Origin: Lama glama
Taxonomy: Eukaryota
NCBI GenBank assembly: GCA_028534125.1
Contig: CM052817.1
Span: 42,720,001 to 42,784,000 of the forward strand
Length of the DNA stretch: 64,000 nt
Direction of reading: 5' to 3'
Shown piece after piece: positions 51,620 through 64,000 of this stretch. Position 1 is the stretch's first letter. Every line of letters starts with the position of its first letter. The translations under genes and the position numbers were made by a program. The notes beneath the pieces are model-generated. The model was not told the DNA's origin. It did no database searches and saw only the letters and a list, made by a program, of their open reading frames with translations.

Positions 51620-51996
51620 TATTATGGGCTGAATTATGTGCATCCCTGCAGTTCACCTGTTGAAGTTCTAACCGACAACACTTCAGAGTATGACTCTTCT
51701 TAGACACAGGGTCTTTAAAAGAGGTAATGAAGTTAAAATGAGGTCATTAGAATTTGCCCTAATCAATATGACTGAGCCCTAATCCTTATGAGAAGAGGAG
51801 ATTAGAACACAGACACACACAGAGGGAAGACTGTGTGAATATACGGGAGGACACAGCCATCTGCAAGCCATGAAGAGAGACCTTAGAAGAAACCAACCCC
51901 GCCAACACCTTGATCTCGGACTCTGAACCACCAGAACTGTGAGAAAATAAGTTTCCCAGTCTGTGGTACTTTGTTACGGCAGCCCTAGCAAACATA
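51620..51996 (+). mobile_element. MaLR solo LTR, MLT1B
   Basis: ttatgggctgaatt...gggtctttaaaagaggtaatgaagttaaaatgaggtcattag...acacagacacacacagagggaagac...tggtactttgttacggcagccctagcaaac. Confidence 0.85.
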
Positions 51997-53834
51997 TTCC
52001 TCTTTCTCTTTTTAAGGTAAATAAGGAATGAAGATAGAAAGGCCCAAAGTTAAGTCATCTCTATCTTGCTCAGACAAAATCCTGACAGTTGGTGTAAACA
52101 TCCAGTTTTTCAGTGATTGCCTATGGAAATCAATGTTTCTTTAATTGCTTAAACTTTGGCTGTGAATATTCTCTCATCACATCCACTCTGTTAAGAAGAG
52201 TGAAATGTCACATAACTAGCTGGAAAGGGGCTTGCCAGAGCTGCATAAAGCAAGCATGAAACCACATTCCCCATAGAAAAATCTGTTACAAATGAGTTAA
52301 CTGAAGAAGTAGACATGTAAGTAGTGTCTGCTAATTGATTTCAAAGTGGGTGTAAAGAAGAGGTATGTGTAAATTACTAGGGAAAAAATGAAGGAAAATA
52401 GCTTTTCAAGGATTACAGGGTATGACACTTCAGATTCTTTGAATAGTACCTACAAACTAAGGAAAAGAGGCCTTGTTTGAGATCCTCTTACTAAAGATGA
52501 CATTTTTTTACCTTCCTCAAGCATTCTATCCCTCTAAGTGTCCTTATAATGAATAAATAAATGATAATATCACATCTCCTTGCTTCTACATTTATATGAA
52601 AAGTGTCCCCATTTCACTGCTCCCTAGCAAATGAGAGCAAGAAGTGAAATAAAGTCTTTGGGAATCACGACATCACTCACATGAAACAAACATGGGCCGG
52701 CACCCTACTCAGATGTACATCTGAGGAAGAAGGCCCTGTTGACTTGCTCCATGCTGGCTTTTCGTGAACACATGAACAATCTTTCAAATGATTTGAGAAA
52801 TTTTAAGCACATCAAAATCTATTCAATCTAGACCTCAGAATAACCAAAATGAACTAATGACCATGGGACTGTAGCAGTGGTAATGTTATACTTTGAAAAA
52901 TATATGGAATGTAAACAAATTTTTTAAAAAGCAGTATGATAATAATGGCCTTGTTTTCCAAGATTTCTTGGACTAATCTTTAAGATCTATGAAAAGTGTT
53001 TTTTTTTTTCTCAGTTACTAAGCACCACTTCATTTCATGCATGTTGGGGAAGGGGTCTCTTTTTGAAGATAAACTCCACCCACGGTAGTGCTGACATATT
53101 TGGTCACGTGTCAGACACGACATAGAAAAGACATGGGCCAGTCCCAGCAGGTTTCTCTACATGTAGAACCTAAGAGCATCCTGAGAAATAATTCACCCCG
53201 TGAGGAGAGGCTGCTGCTGCAATGACAGAGAGATGCCAACCTGGTGACAGTGTCTTAGTGCAATGTGCTGGGGCTGGGGGCCAGCTGAGGGAGGAAGGAG
53301 AGCACACTGTCTGTTCCTAGGCTTCTGTTCAGCTATGTCTGTTCCTTGCCACGGGAGGCCTGGGTGCTCAGTACTACCCCTGTTACTGACAGAGTACTTT
53401 TAATTGGCACCCAGGCAGGTACAGCACACTCATTACATCAGGGCAAGGGGCTCAGAAGGGGGTTCCCAGACCAGTCGTACAGTTTGCCTGAAACCAGCCC
53501 TCCCCGGTCACTTCCTAGGCTCAGGTGTTGTGTTAAATCCAAGTCTCCCACAAACGTACCTTCTAGGAAGTATGTCCTATAAGAACCCCAAACCAGGATA
53601 TTTTTGAGAATGAAATAGGGCACTAAAAGTAGTTAAAATTATTTAATTTATTCAAAATATATATATTGATTTACAATTTGGTTTATTATATTGGCTGTCC
53701 AAGTGAAATATTTCTATTAACAGCTCTTTTTGAAAATAAAATTCATGCTAAAAATATAAAAATAACATTTGTATATTAAAGCAAAAGAAAAATGTCTTTA
53801 TATTAACTATCTGAACATTCAAAAGTAAACAGGT

Positions 53835-54038
53835 TATCCTGCCCTTTGCAACATCGTGGATGTGCCTTGAGGGTATTATGCTAAGTAAAATAAGTCAGAG
53901 AAAGACGAATATTGTATGATCTCACTTATACGTGGAATCTAAAAATATTGAATTCTTAGAAACAGAACAGATTGGTGGTTGCCAGAGGTGGGAACTGGGG
54001 GGTGGGGGAAATGGGTGAAGGTGATCAAAAAAAAAAAA
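53835..54038 (+). mobile_element. L1MA-type 3' fragment
   Basis: atcctgccctttgcaacatcgtggatgtgccttgagggtattatgctaagtaaaataagtcag...ggttgccagaggtggg. Confidence 0.8.
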
Positions 54039-54458
54039 GCTAGTTATTATTGGTTCATATTCACATTCTTTAGTTTCTTAGCTGTATCTGGCTCTAACAC
54101 TGTGTCATGGGCACTTTTCTAAAGAATATATTTTTTCAATATTATATTATTTATAATCATTTAATAAAATTGCCTGCAAATTTCTCTAAAATGGCATTTG
54201 TGATTAATAAAATTAAAATTGTTGACACTCAATTGATTCCTCTGTAGACTATAATATTTTTCTTTGAGAAAATGCTATCTACAGGTACTGAGGCTCTTAA
54301 ATAAGAGGAAATTCTGCTAAATAGAGGATATCCTCAATTTTAATTGTATTAAAGTATGTAACTATCTCAGCCCAAATATTTTAACAATTAAAGAAAAAAG
54401 AAAGGCAAGGAAAAATAAATGACAGATGAAGAATTCTCACTAAGAAAAATATGCCATG

Positions 54459-55101
54459 ATACATCTGGAAAAGACAAAAACTAATTTGAAAAGATACATG
54501 CACCCCAGTGTTCACAGCAGCACTATTTACAATAGCCAAGACATGGAAACAACCTAAATGTCCATCAACAGACTATTGGATAAAGAAGATGTGGTATACA
54601 TTCCATAAATGGAATATTACTCAGCCACAAAGAGAATGAAATATTGCCATTTGCAGCAAAATGGATGGGCCTGGAGATCGTCATTCTAAATGGAAGTAAG
54701 CCAGAAAGAGAAAGAAAAATACCATATGATATCACTTATATGTGGAATCTAGAAAACAGGCAGATGAACTTACTTCCACAACAGAAACAGACTCATAAGA
54801 CATAGAAAACAAATTTGTGGTTACCAGAGGGGAAAGAGGAGGGGAGGAAAGAGGAGTATGGTATTAACAGATATATTCCACTATATATAAAATGGATAAG
54901 CAACAAGGATTTACTGTGTAACACAAGGAACTATATTCAGTATCTTGAAATAATCTATAATGGAAAAGAATATGAAAGGGAATTCATATATGTATGTGTA
55001 TATATATATATATATTTATATATCTGAGTCACTTTGCTACATACCTGCAACTAACACAATATTGTAAGTCAACTATACTTCAATTAAAAAAAAAAGGAAG
55101 A
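54459..55101 (+). mobile_element. Young 5'-truncated L1 with a perfect 17-bp TSD
   Basis: L1 ORF2 end/3'UTR text ending gtcaactatacttcaatt plus A-tail; identical TSD AAGAAAAATATGCCATG at 54442-54458 and 55102-55118. Confidence 0.92.
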
Positions 55102-55308
55102 AAGAAAAATATGCCATGGAGCAGAAGAAAATGATGGCCAAATATATCAACATGAACCTTAAAAAAAACCAATGAAACAATCATATCTTAAAAACAAAAG
55201 CATAATGTAGAGATAAAAGAACTCATGGAAGACCTGGTGATTTCCCTCTCAGTCTGGGCCATCTAATTCATTAGAGGCGTTCTAATCATTTTGACCCTTA
55301 AAGTGAAA

Positions 55309-55353
55309 GGTCTATGTTATCATACTTAGACGGTCTATGTTTTCATACATAGA
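55309..55353. repeat. Short tandem duplication (period 23, two copies, 2 mismatches)
   Basis: ggtctatgttatcatacttaga c ggtctatgttttcatacataga. Confidence 0.85.
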
Positions 55354-57644
55354 AAGAAGGCTACCTGGTTTCTTTGCAAAGCTTTCAACTTATGCCCAGC
55401 AAGTTTAAACCTTTCAAGGAGTATGAAAGAGAGATACCATTCATTATCCAAGTCAAAAGAATATTGGTTATATTCTCCCCCAAAACAACTGGGGAAGCAT
55501 TACTGATTTACTTCTAAAATATCATCCAAATGGTTTTTCTCAGACCAGAGTCTATCTGCCGAAAGAAACCTTCCTGAATTCAGTAGCAGAGGGAGAACAG
55601 CTAGCTACATTGCAATGGCAATCTTCTTTTCCTCTTCCCTTAAGTACCACCTCAGCCAACCCCCCAACTATGTTATCTTTAGCATCATTACTGCTTAATA
55701 AAGGAAGAAATGACCAGATTTGCATCTGAAAATAAAGTTTGAGAAAAGTGAGTGACTGCATTGTTTTCCCAATGATTTATGTCATTAGTAGAAATGATCT
55801 TGTAAATTTACCTCTCTTGTTTCCTTACAATTAGGGATGATTTTGCATGCTTTAAAAAAGTATTTGTTGTGAGGTGCATATGAAAAAAGTTTTGAGAAAA
55901 CAGGGGTGAAAAGAGAAGAATGTGTACAAATAAAAAAGTCAAGATGGCACACATATTACTTCGGGTATATTTTAAATAGCTATAACAAAAAGACCCGAAA
56001 TGTCAATGGCTCAAAAAACAGTTTTCTTTCTTTCTTAGTTAAAGGTCCAGCATGCATTTGCAGGCTAACGAGGACATTCTTTCCCTATAAAGCTCTTGTT
56101 ACCCTTCCATTTCTTAGGATGTTCTTCTCTGCTCTGGATAAGGTTGGATCTTGTCCAAGTTCTGTCTTGTAAGAAGGGAGGAGATGAAGTGGCAGGCAGG
56201 CAAGTTCTTCTTTAAATCACATTACTTGGAAGTAGCACATAACATATTATGAGATAGTCGATGCCATAGATATGGCATATGAAATACATGGCATGAAATA
56301 TGTGTGTATATATACATACATATATATATGCACGTGCAATACAAATAAACACACTAAATATATTAACGATATATACATTATATATACATATATTTATATA
56401 ATCTCAGATGATACAGTGACACAACTAAAATGAGACTGCCATGGTGTTAAGAAGCATGTGAGTGTTTTTATAGAAAATATACTTAATATTTGTCAGATTA
56501 ACTTAGTCATAAACTGCTTTTCCTTTCTCATTTTGGCCTACCAACATTTTGATTGTTTTGTAGATTTTTAGCATTTGCAACCTAAATTGAACAGGAATAA
56601 GTCAGTCATATTCTCTTTGAATAACTATCTTGTTGCTTAGGAGAACTAACAGCACTTCTCATAGAACAGGAATCAGTACCTTTGGGGAGACTAATAGATG
56701 AGTGGATCACTGGAAAGGTATTTCAGTATGACTTCAGGAGCCATGCCAGTTCAGTTTTACACGAATTCCTTTTACGTGATATCTTTCCTTATACAATTAC
56801 AGATGAGTTTTAAAATACATATGCTAAATAAAATAGAATAAAGATACTATATTGAACAACAAAAAATCATAGATAATTTGGTAAGCACCCTGCTTAGATC
56901 TTCTGTGAAAAATTCATAAAGTTATTAAAAACAGATGACTGCAATATAATTTCAAGACGTTGTGCTTTATGGTATCAAGCTATATTAGACTGCATCTTTC
57001 AAAGCAAAATTCCTCTGATGCCCTTGTAGCCCACAGACACATTCATACTCTCAACATATTCCATATGTTGTTTTGTAAAATTACATATGTAGTTCTACTA
57101 ATACAAGGCCAAATAAACCAACTCGATAGATTGAAGGGAAATTAGTTCAGCCAATCTTTAGTTTTTCTCTAGTTCTGCTACAGAAGCATCTTAGCATCTG
57201 CCATTTTTCAAAGAAACGAGAGACTCCTTAACGTGAGACTGCCTCCCATTCCAGACAAATTAATTTTAAGCCTCTTAGAATACAGCAAGTTATGGAATGA
57301 AAATTAACTACTACTGGAAAGGGTATCTTTGTCCTACAAAGTAGAATCGAATTCAGATATTCACTGTGGGTTATTATAGGATGGTCCCTAGACTTGGCTG
57401 CTTCCTGCTGTCTCTCATGCCTGCTGGGCCCCAAGCTGGAGCTTTTCTGCTTTTCCACTGATGCCCAGCCTTTATCACCACTCTGTGCAGAAATATTTTT
57501 AACTTATTTTACTGTTCTTTTAAAGACCTGGAGCAGAGAATCTAGAAATAGGTTCCAGAACCAAGAAAGGAGCCTGAGGTGAAATTGCTTTCTCTGGTTA
57601 ATCTGCATTACAGTTTATTTGAATTCTGGTGAAAAGGAATTGAT

Positions 57645-57960
57645 ATATTAATCAATATTAATCAACAAATTTTTGTAGTGGTCAAACGTGTAAGCTGATG
57701 CATGTGCAATGAAACATACAAATATAAGAGACAGCACCAACCCTTAAGGAATTTATAAATTAATTGAAGTAAGGAAGGGAGCAAAATATTTAACAGCATT
57801 ATAGGGTACATTGTAAGTATCTACTGACTAGTACAGATAATCAGTATTTTAGGAATTCAGACACAGGAATGATCACTGTGCACAGGGCTACTCAAGGAGC
57901 TCATCATGGTGGAAATGGCATGGAGATGTGCAGAGTCCATCAAGGCAGAGAAGAAAGTGG
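57645..57960 (-). mobile_element. L2 fragment
   Basis: atcaacaaatttttg...agacagcaccaacccttaaggaatttataaatt...aggaattcagacacaggaatgatcactgtg. Confidence 0.5.
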
Positions 57961-58054
57961 AAAGAAATACTTTAAAGAAAAAAAAAATGTTGGGGGAAGA
58001 TATTCTGGGAAAATTCTTTAGTCATCTTCCTTAAAACTCATCCACAATAACAGT

Positions 58055-58260
58055 ATCAGTTAACATTGATTGAGTGCCTCTTTTGTGCCAGGCATTTTCA
58101 AGAATTATTTCATTGGAACTCAAAACACACTTCTGATTTGGATGCCAAGGTAAGTTTACTTTATTGATAAGGAGAATGATGCATAGGTCAGTTTATTGAT
58201 TTCATTTAAGGTGACAAAGCTAATACATGGCAGAGAAAGGATGCAAACCATGCCTCACCA
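58055..58260 (-). mobile_element. MIR SINE
   Basis: aacattgattgagtgcctcttttgtgccaggcatttt...aaggtgacaaagctaatacatggcagagaaaggatgcaaacc. Confidence 0.65.
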
Positions 58261-58299
58261 GCTTCACACCGTTACAGAATGAACAGAATGGCATTCTTC

Positions 58300-58549
58300 A
58301 TGCACTGTTACTGGAATCCAGCCCTCCCATCTCTCTTCGACTGCCAGTGATGCCCTTTTAGGCCCTTATCATATCCCACATGAACTCCTATTACAGCCTA
58401 AAGTGTGGCTCCCCTGATTTTAATCTCTCTCCATTTTATCCTTCATAATGCCCATCCATGTTCTAATCATTCACTCCCTGTTCAAAACCTTTGAGGGACT
58501 CCAACTCTTAAACAGACACACACACACATATGCGCGTGCATGCGCATGT

Positions 58550-58584
<35 letters not shown>

Positions 58585-58810
58585 TACACAAACTCTTTAA
58601 TGTTCTTACATAACCCCAATTTACCTTTTTCATACTTGGCCTTCCCTACTGCTAATTCTGTTTCATTTCAGATTCATTTATGTATTTGCTTGTCTTTTCC
58701 ACTAGATCTCCAAATATTTCAGGACAGAAGCAATGACTTCTCCTCCTCCTTTCTTTAGTTTCTAGTAAAATTCCAAGCATATGGTGGACACTGATCAAAT
58801 GTTTATCTGA
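58300..58810 (+). mobile_element. L2 fragment containing a (CA)n/(CG) alternating tract (58517-58581)
   Basis: tctaatcattcactccctgttcaaaacctttg...ccactagatctccaaatatttcaggacag...catatggtggacactgatcaaatgtttatctgaat. Confidence 0.6.
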
Positions 58811-59775
58811 ATTTTGCTAAATCAGTAACAGTGAGTAGCCTGTGTTGACCAGAGCAGGAAGGATGTAAGGAACAAGTGACAGAAGTGGCAGGGTAGGTAG
58901 GGCTGATTGTGGGGGCACCTTGAATACCAGTAGAAGTCTGGATTGTAACTTGAAATACTCTTTGTGCTGAAACATGTTTTGAAGTATACAAGGTATAAAA
59001 CCAAATTTCATTGTATTGCTCCCTCTGTAAGCCATCCTTTCTTTCCATATACAAACAGGGGAACATATTTTGCACACCTTAGGAAAATCATCTGCCTGCA
59101 TCTTTCAGAAGAAGCACTGCTCAATGTCATTCCATGTCATTATCACAGCTTCCCAAAATAGTTCTCCTCTCTCAGTGTCTAGGAGTGCTTGCTCCTATAG
59201 GTATCAATGCCTCATTTCAGAAGGTACAACAGGTTGTCATTAGTAGCATAACTGGACATGTTAAACTCTGACATCTCCATCACCTGGAAGCGCATGGGGA
59301 AACCAAGCTGAACCATGCCACGGCTCGCTGGCAGTGGTGGCTGGTTCTGCGGCATTGATTCAGACTCATTAGTACTTGTCACTTGCAGTCTCCATTGCTA
59401 ATAAGATTATACCTGGGCTATCACAGAGTCACATCAAGAGGTTAGAGTTACCTTCTCTTGGGAAAGAAGGATGCCCTGGTACCCACAATCTGAGAGCACG
59501 ATCCTTCTTAGCTAATGTTCTGCCTAAGGTCACAATCCTAATATTGACAAGAGTTGCTTCCTTTGAGATTCTTTACCCATAAAATGGGAAACAGTACTTA
59601 TCCAAGATATCTGACAATTTTTGTTTTGTTTTTGTTTTTTTGGAGGGAGAAAGTGTTAACTTACTTAATGGATATCAAAAGAGTTAAAGTATAAAGCAAG
59701 ATTCATAAGGAAGTGAATTTTTATAACCAATCATTATAAAAACCATTAATCAGAATTTGATAAGAAATTCATATA

Positions 59776-60000
59776 ATAAATTAGGAGTTTGGGATTAACA
59801 GATACACATTACATATATGAAATACATAAAGAACAAGAACCTCCTGTATAGCACAGGGAACTATATTCAGTTTTTTGTAATAACATATAATGGGGGAAAA
59901 TCTGGAAAAAAAAATGTGTATATATAACTGAATTGCTTTGCTGTGTACCTGACACACTGTAGATCAACTACACTTGAATTAAAAATAAAATAAAAAAAAA
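59776..60000 (+). mobile_element. Short L1 3' end (cetartiodactyl type)
   Basis: aggagtttgggattaacagatacac...ctgtatagcacagggaactatattcag...caactacacttgaattaaaaataaaa. Confidence 0.85.
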
Positions 60001-60439
60001 CCCTCAAACCATAGTTCCAACATTGAGGCCTTAATATTCTTGCCACCCTTTTCAGTCTTTTCCTGCTGGACACACCATTGAAAGGTCTATGAAAGATAGC
60101 TTGATGCCATCTGGAAACTTCCACAGTCCTTTATCTCGTTGTTTTAAAACTTTCTGTCTTTCAAAAGTGTAGTGATAACATTATATAGAGGACAGGGCTC
60201 AGGACTGGTCATAAGCAATCATCAGGGTTAGGCTCTGGCATTCAGGAGTTCTCAACTTCTCCATGCCTCAGTTTTCTTATTGGTAAAATACGGCAAGTTA
60301 ATGAAATCATTGCAAATGTCTTCCTGCTATAGCAAATTTCTGAAAATAGGCCTCAAGAAAGAAAAATGATTAATATTTGGTGATAATCTAACAGTTACAT
60401 CCATGGATTTTCTTAATTTGTTTCATCGTCAGTTCTTAA

Positions 60440-60930
60440 TAAAGATGAGCAAGATAAAATTCTTCATCTCAAGAGGTATAAGCTAGTAAGAAAGAAGGGG
60501 AAATTTTTTTAAAAGGAAAAGATAAAAGCACTTAACATAAAGCAGAATGTGGCAAAACACTATTAGAGTTCAAAAGAAGGAAGAAATACAGTCACGTGAA
60601 ATCAGTGACAGTAATATGTTACTAAAGTGTTAACATATGATTTGAGCCTTGGGAAATCAATAGCTGTAATCATAGATCGAGAATTAGATGAGGGTGAAAG
60701 TCTCAGGAGCACACAACAGCAAAGGAAAAACATCCAGCAGTCCATGGACAGGGATAAATGTGAAATCTTACGGCATCTATGACGACACTGAGCAGTACAA
60801 CCTGGCACACTGAATGCCTGTACAGGGCTGTGGAAGATAAGAATTAAGGTAGGCTGGGACAAAGAATAGAGAGTCATGAATGCCAGACACATTGAGAAAG
60901 GGGCTCAAATGAAAAGTTTAGAACTGTACT
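60440..60930 (-). mobile_element. L2 fragment (degraded)
   Basis: ttcttcatctcaagaggtataagctagt...gatttgagccttgggaa...aggctgggacaaagaatagagagtcatgaatgccagac. Confidence 0.5.
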
Positions 60931-61109
60931 TTAAACTGGTATCAACTGAAGGATGAGTGGAGCAAATTAATGATGAGCTCTTACCCAGATAAAAGGGGAC
61001 AAGATGTGGATCTGTCTGCAGAGACGAGATCTGAACTGAGCTCCACTGAACCAAAATGAAGTGAAGTGAAATGAAATGAAATGAACAAGACATTGTCCTC
61101 TTTCTCAAG

Positions 61110-61345
61110 GAGTGGAATATAGCTTATTGGTTAAAAGGATGACTACTGGAAGCTGAAGCCTGGCTTCACACTTAGAAACTATGTGACCTTGGGCAAGTTG
61201 TTTAACTTCTCTATGCCTTAGTTTCCTTATCTTTAAAATGAAGATAGTAACATTTCTCACTGCATTATTTTGAAGATTAAGTGAGTTAATATAAGGTACT
61301 CAAAACATTGCCTGCCATATAATAAAGGATTCAATATAGAGTTAT
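61110..61345 (+). mobile_element. MIR SINE
   Basis: Clear core atgtgaccttgggcaagttgtttaacttctctatgccttagtttccttatctttaaaatgaagatagtaa. Confidence 0.85.
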
Positions 61346-63504
61346 TTCTACTTCTGTATAAAATTACACAAAATGAATGAATTCCAGGAGGAGGAATTTT
61401 GATAAAGTGAAGGAAAGAAATCTGAAAGAACAAAAAAGAAAAAGAGATCTCTTAAAAGTGGCTTTTAAGACTCCACCTATGAATATTAGCTCAGCTCAAG
61501 ACTGAGTACAAGCAACTAGAGTCTTCATCTAATCCCGTAATTTACAGACATGTTTTCTTTCAGAGGACTAGAACTCTCAGAGCAGAAGAACAAATTATGT
61601 ATTTTATATTAAAGCAATAAGAAGAGTTCATGGTTGTAATAATTCAATCTGTTCTGCATTACTTTATCAATGATGGAGACAGGAAATATTATGAGAAGCA
61701 TAATACTTTGTCCTTGACTATCTAGTTTTTCTAAGCTATCTTTTTTGATTAAACAAGAAAGATCTTTTACAACTGAAGATTATATGTACTATTCATAGAA
61801 TATCTAACATTTTGAATATTTTTTTCTCTTGCCCCCTCTACCATATCTGACTGGGTTGCCTCTTTCCCAATCTTTGAAAACCCTGAATTTACTCAGGGAA
61901 CCTGGAAAATTGTAGTAATACAGATTGCCAGTATTTAACATTTAGGGTATTATGATTTTAGTCAATAAACTAACCCCTGATAGTTTGTGTCCTTACGTGT
62001 CTGAAGCTAAACTCTGAAATACTGCTCTAAGTATCATTATCAAAGCTGCTTCTTTGTGTTAGCATTATTTTAGCTTTTATCGTCAAAGATTATCCATTTC
62101 AAACTGAACACTCCATAGTTACCAACCTCTCCTGAAAAGCCTGTAATCCTGAAACAAATCTTCTAAGCAGGATGGAGTTAAATAAAATACTCAGTTTCTA
62201 GGACTTGGGACATTTGTCCTAATTTCTCACCTTATGCTGCAGCTCAGTTAATGCTCGAAAGGCAAGCATGCAGCCAGAAGGCAAGCTCTAAATTCACCTC
62301 TTTTCTATCATTGCACCTTTTGAGCCACTTCAGCAGAAGATGCACTAGCATGCCTGTTTGCTTTACAGTCAAGCACTGTTTGGAGTAAGTCGAAATCAGA
62401 GATCTGGAGACAGATGCTTGATTTACATTCAAACCCTGTTCAAACCTTGTCTACTATATTTTTATAAGCTCCTTTATTTGAAAAATAATCCTCAAAATAG
62501 CTTCAGTGATGGAGAGTAATTTATTCACACAGCAAGTATGTATTAAGTACCTGCTATAGGCATATCACTGAAATTGATATAGAATGGGGTGAGGGCAGAG
62601 GGGAGAGAGGGTGAAGGATGGAGTTTTACAAAAATAGTCAATAGGAGGCTTTTTCTTTGAGGTGTTCAGAATCTAGTTGAAAACACAAACAAGAGTGCAC
62701 GAACTGTGTATACCTAAAAAACTATGAGCCACAATTTTTCATTTCACCTTCATTTTTATTTTCGAGATACACTGAAATGCTGATGTTTAAATTTAAAATC
62801 CTCTTTTTATTGAAGAGAGAGAGAGCAATGTTTGATCTTTATAAGAAACTAGGTAAAAGGACCTTAGAGAGTGATTCAAATGAAGCCACCATACATAAAC
62901 AAAAGAAAGGGATCTTTCCTAGTAAATATCAGAAATTGCAAAGATGAAAATGCAGTTCACTTTTTATAAAGAATGGTTACTTGCTGGTTTGCATTTAGAC
63001 ATGTTTGTCAACATTCCCTTTTTCTACTTGCCAAAATTCAATTTGGGTGTATACTGTCTCTACCCTTAGTTAGCAACGTATCTATAAACTTCAAACCTCC
63101 CCCAGTCCCCGATTTAGGAAAATTGGTATCTGCCCTCCACAAACATTGTGATTGTTTGAGTACACTTTTCACAACTAATTCTTCTTCACCTTATATTTCC
63201 GTTCCTCAAGTGTAGGGTGAGATCAAAGGGAAACTACATGGCAATGAGTCCAAAGAGCTGACGGGTCATGGGCTAAAACCTTAGCAACCTGGCACGTGAA
63301 CTGTGCTTAAAATCTAGGAATGTGGAACCCATATCTGGAATTTCTACATTAAAAAAGGGAATTTGTACAGGAGAGAAAAATGTACCAGCTGCTTATTCAA
63401 TTTCTCATTTGGTCTTTACTGTATTCTCATTTGATTGAGTTAAAATTGTTTTATATCATTTCTGGGTGAGCCAGAAACTAGGCGTATGACCATGTAACCA
63501 TAAT

Positions 63505-63740
63505 TAGTATAGAGTTTAAGAACATGGACTGGAGCCAGACTTCCCAGATTTGGACCATAGTTCTGCCTCTTATTGGTCATCTAAGCTTTAACAATTTTCT
63601 TCACCTCTCTGCATCTTAGTTTCCTTATCTATATAAAGGAAATAATGGTGTCAACCTCATAAGGCTGCCATGAGGGTTAACTGAATTGGTATATGCAAAA
63701 GAATTAGAACCCCGCCTGTCACATTCTAAGCATCTCTAAG
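63505..63740 (+). mobile_element. MIR SINE
   Basis: tttaagaacatggactggagccagacttcccagatttgg...cacctctctgcatcttagtttccttatctatataaagg. Confidence 0.8.
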
Positions 63741-63797
63741 ATTTTGCTCTTTCTATACTGTTGTTCCTTAAAACAATATCTGGAACCCTACTGCATC

Positions 63798-63950
63798 TTC
63801 CTACTTTCCATAACCATCTTTGCACTTTTTATAATTTTAAAGTACCAAGGTTACCAATATTTTACATCAAATTTCCTACTTTCCATAACCATCTTTGCAC
63901 TTTTTATAATTTTAAAGTACCAAGGTTACCAATATTTTACATCAAATTTC
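63798..63950. repeat. Perfect 75-bp tandem duplication (two copies plus TTC)
   Basis: Unit ttcctactttccataaccatctttgcactttttataattttaaagtaccaaggttaccaatattttacatcaaat at 63798-63872 and 63873-63947, identical. Confidence 0.95.
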
Positions 63951-64000
63951 TATGACCTAACAGTTGCCAGTATTCTTCTTTACTATGGCTCAAATTAGGT

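Noticed and set aside
55309..55353. Direct repeats as a possible CRISPR-like array
   Set aside because: Only two copies with no spacer, in mammalian DNA with no cas genes.
63744..63998. ORFs with a repeated hydrophobic 25-aa unit resembling a small membrane protein
   Set aside because: A consequence of the 75-bp DNA duplication in AT-rich sequence; non-ATG start and no promoter or splice support.
1..64000. tRNA, rRNA, snRNA genes or a novel multi-gene system
   Set aside because: No recognisable structural RNA gene and no second credible coding exon on either strand. Spliced lncRNA exons cannot be excluded from sequence alone.

Overview
AT-rich placental-mammal genomic DNA, mostly intergenic or intronic and dense in transposable-element relics. 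It is probably from a camelid: it has many cetartiodactyl-type L1 3' ends but no recognisable Bov-tA/Bov-A2/BovB, PRE1, CHR, Alu or Can-SINE copies (inference). The only credible protein-coding gene is an intact, intronless NAA11 (ARD2, the autosomal retrogene of NAA10; 231 aa, 28346-29041, + strand). It sits in a small CpG island with a compact GC-box/CCAAT/ETS/alternating-CG promoter, has a splice donor 12 nt after its stop codon and a candidate 3'UTR exon about 7.1 kb downstream. The rest is L1, L2, CR1/L3, MIR, MaLR/ERVL/ERV1 LTRs, hAT MITEs and microsatellites. Notable items: a young betaretrovirus-like LTR element with a perfect 6-bp TSD spanning a 500-N assembly gap, an L1 with 5' inversion, a young L1 with a perfect 17-bp TSD, and a perfect 75-bp tandem duplication. 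I see no evidence for a previously undescribed multi-gene system. Repeat family names come from recalled consensus resemblance, not a database search, and repeat boundaries without TSDs are approximate.
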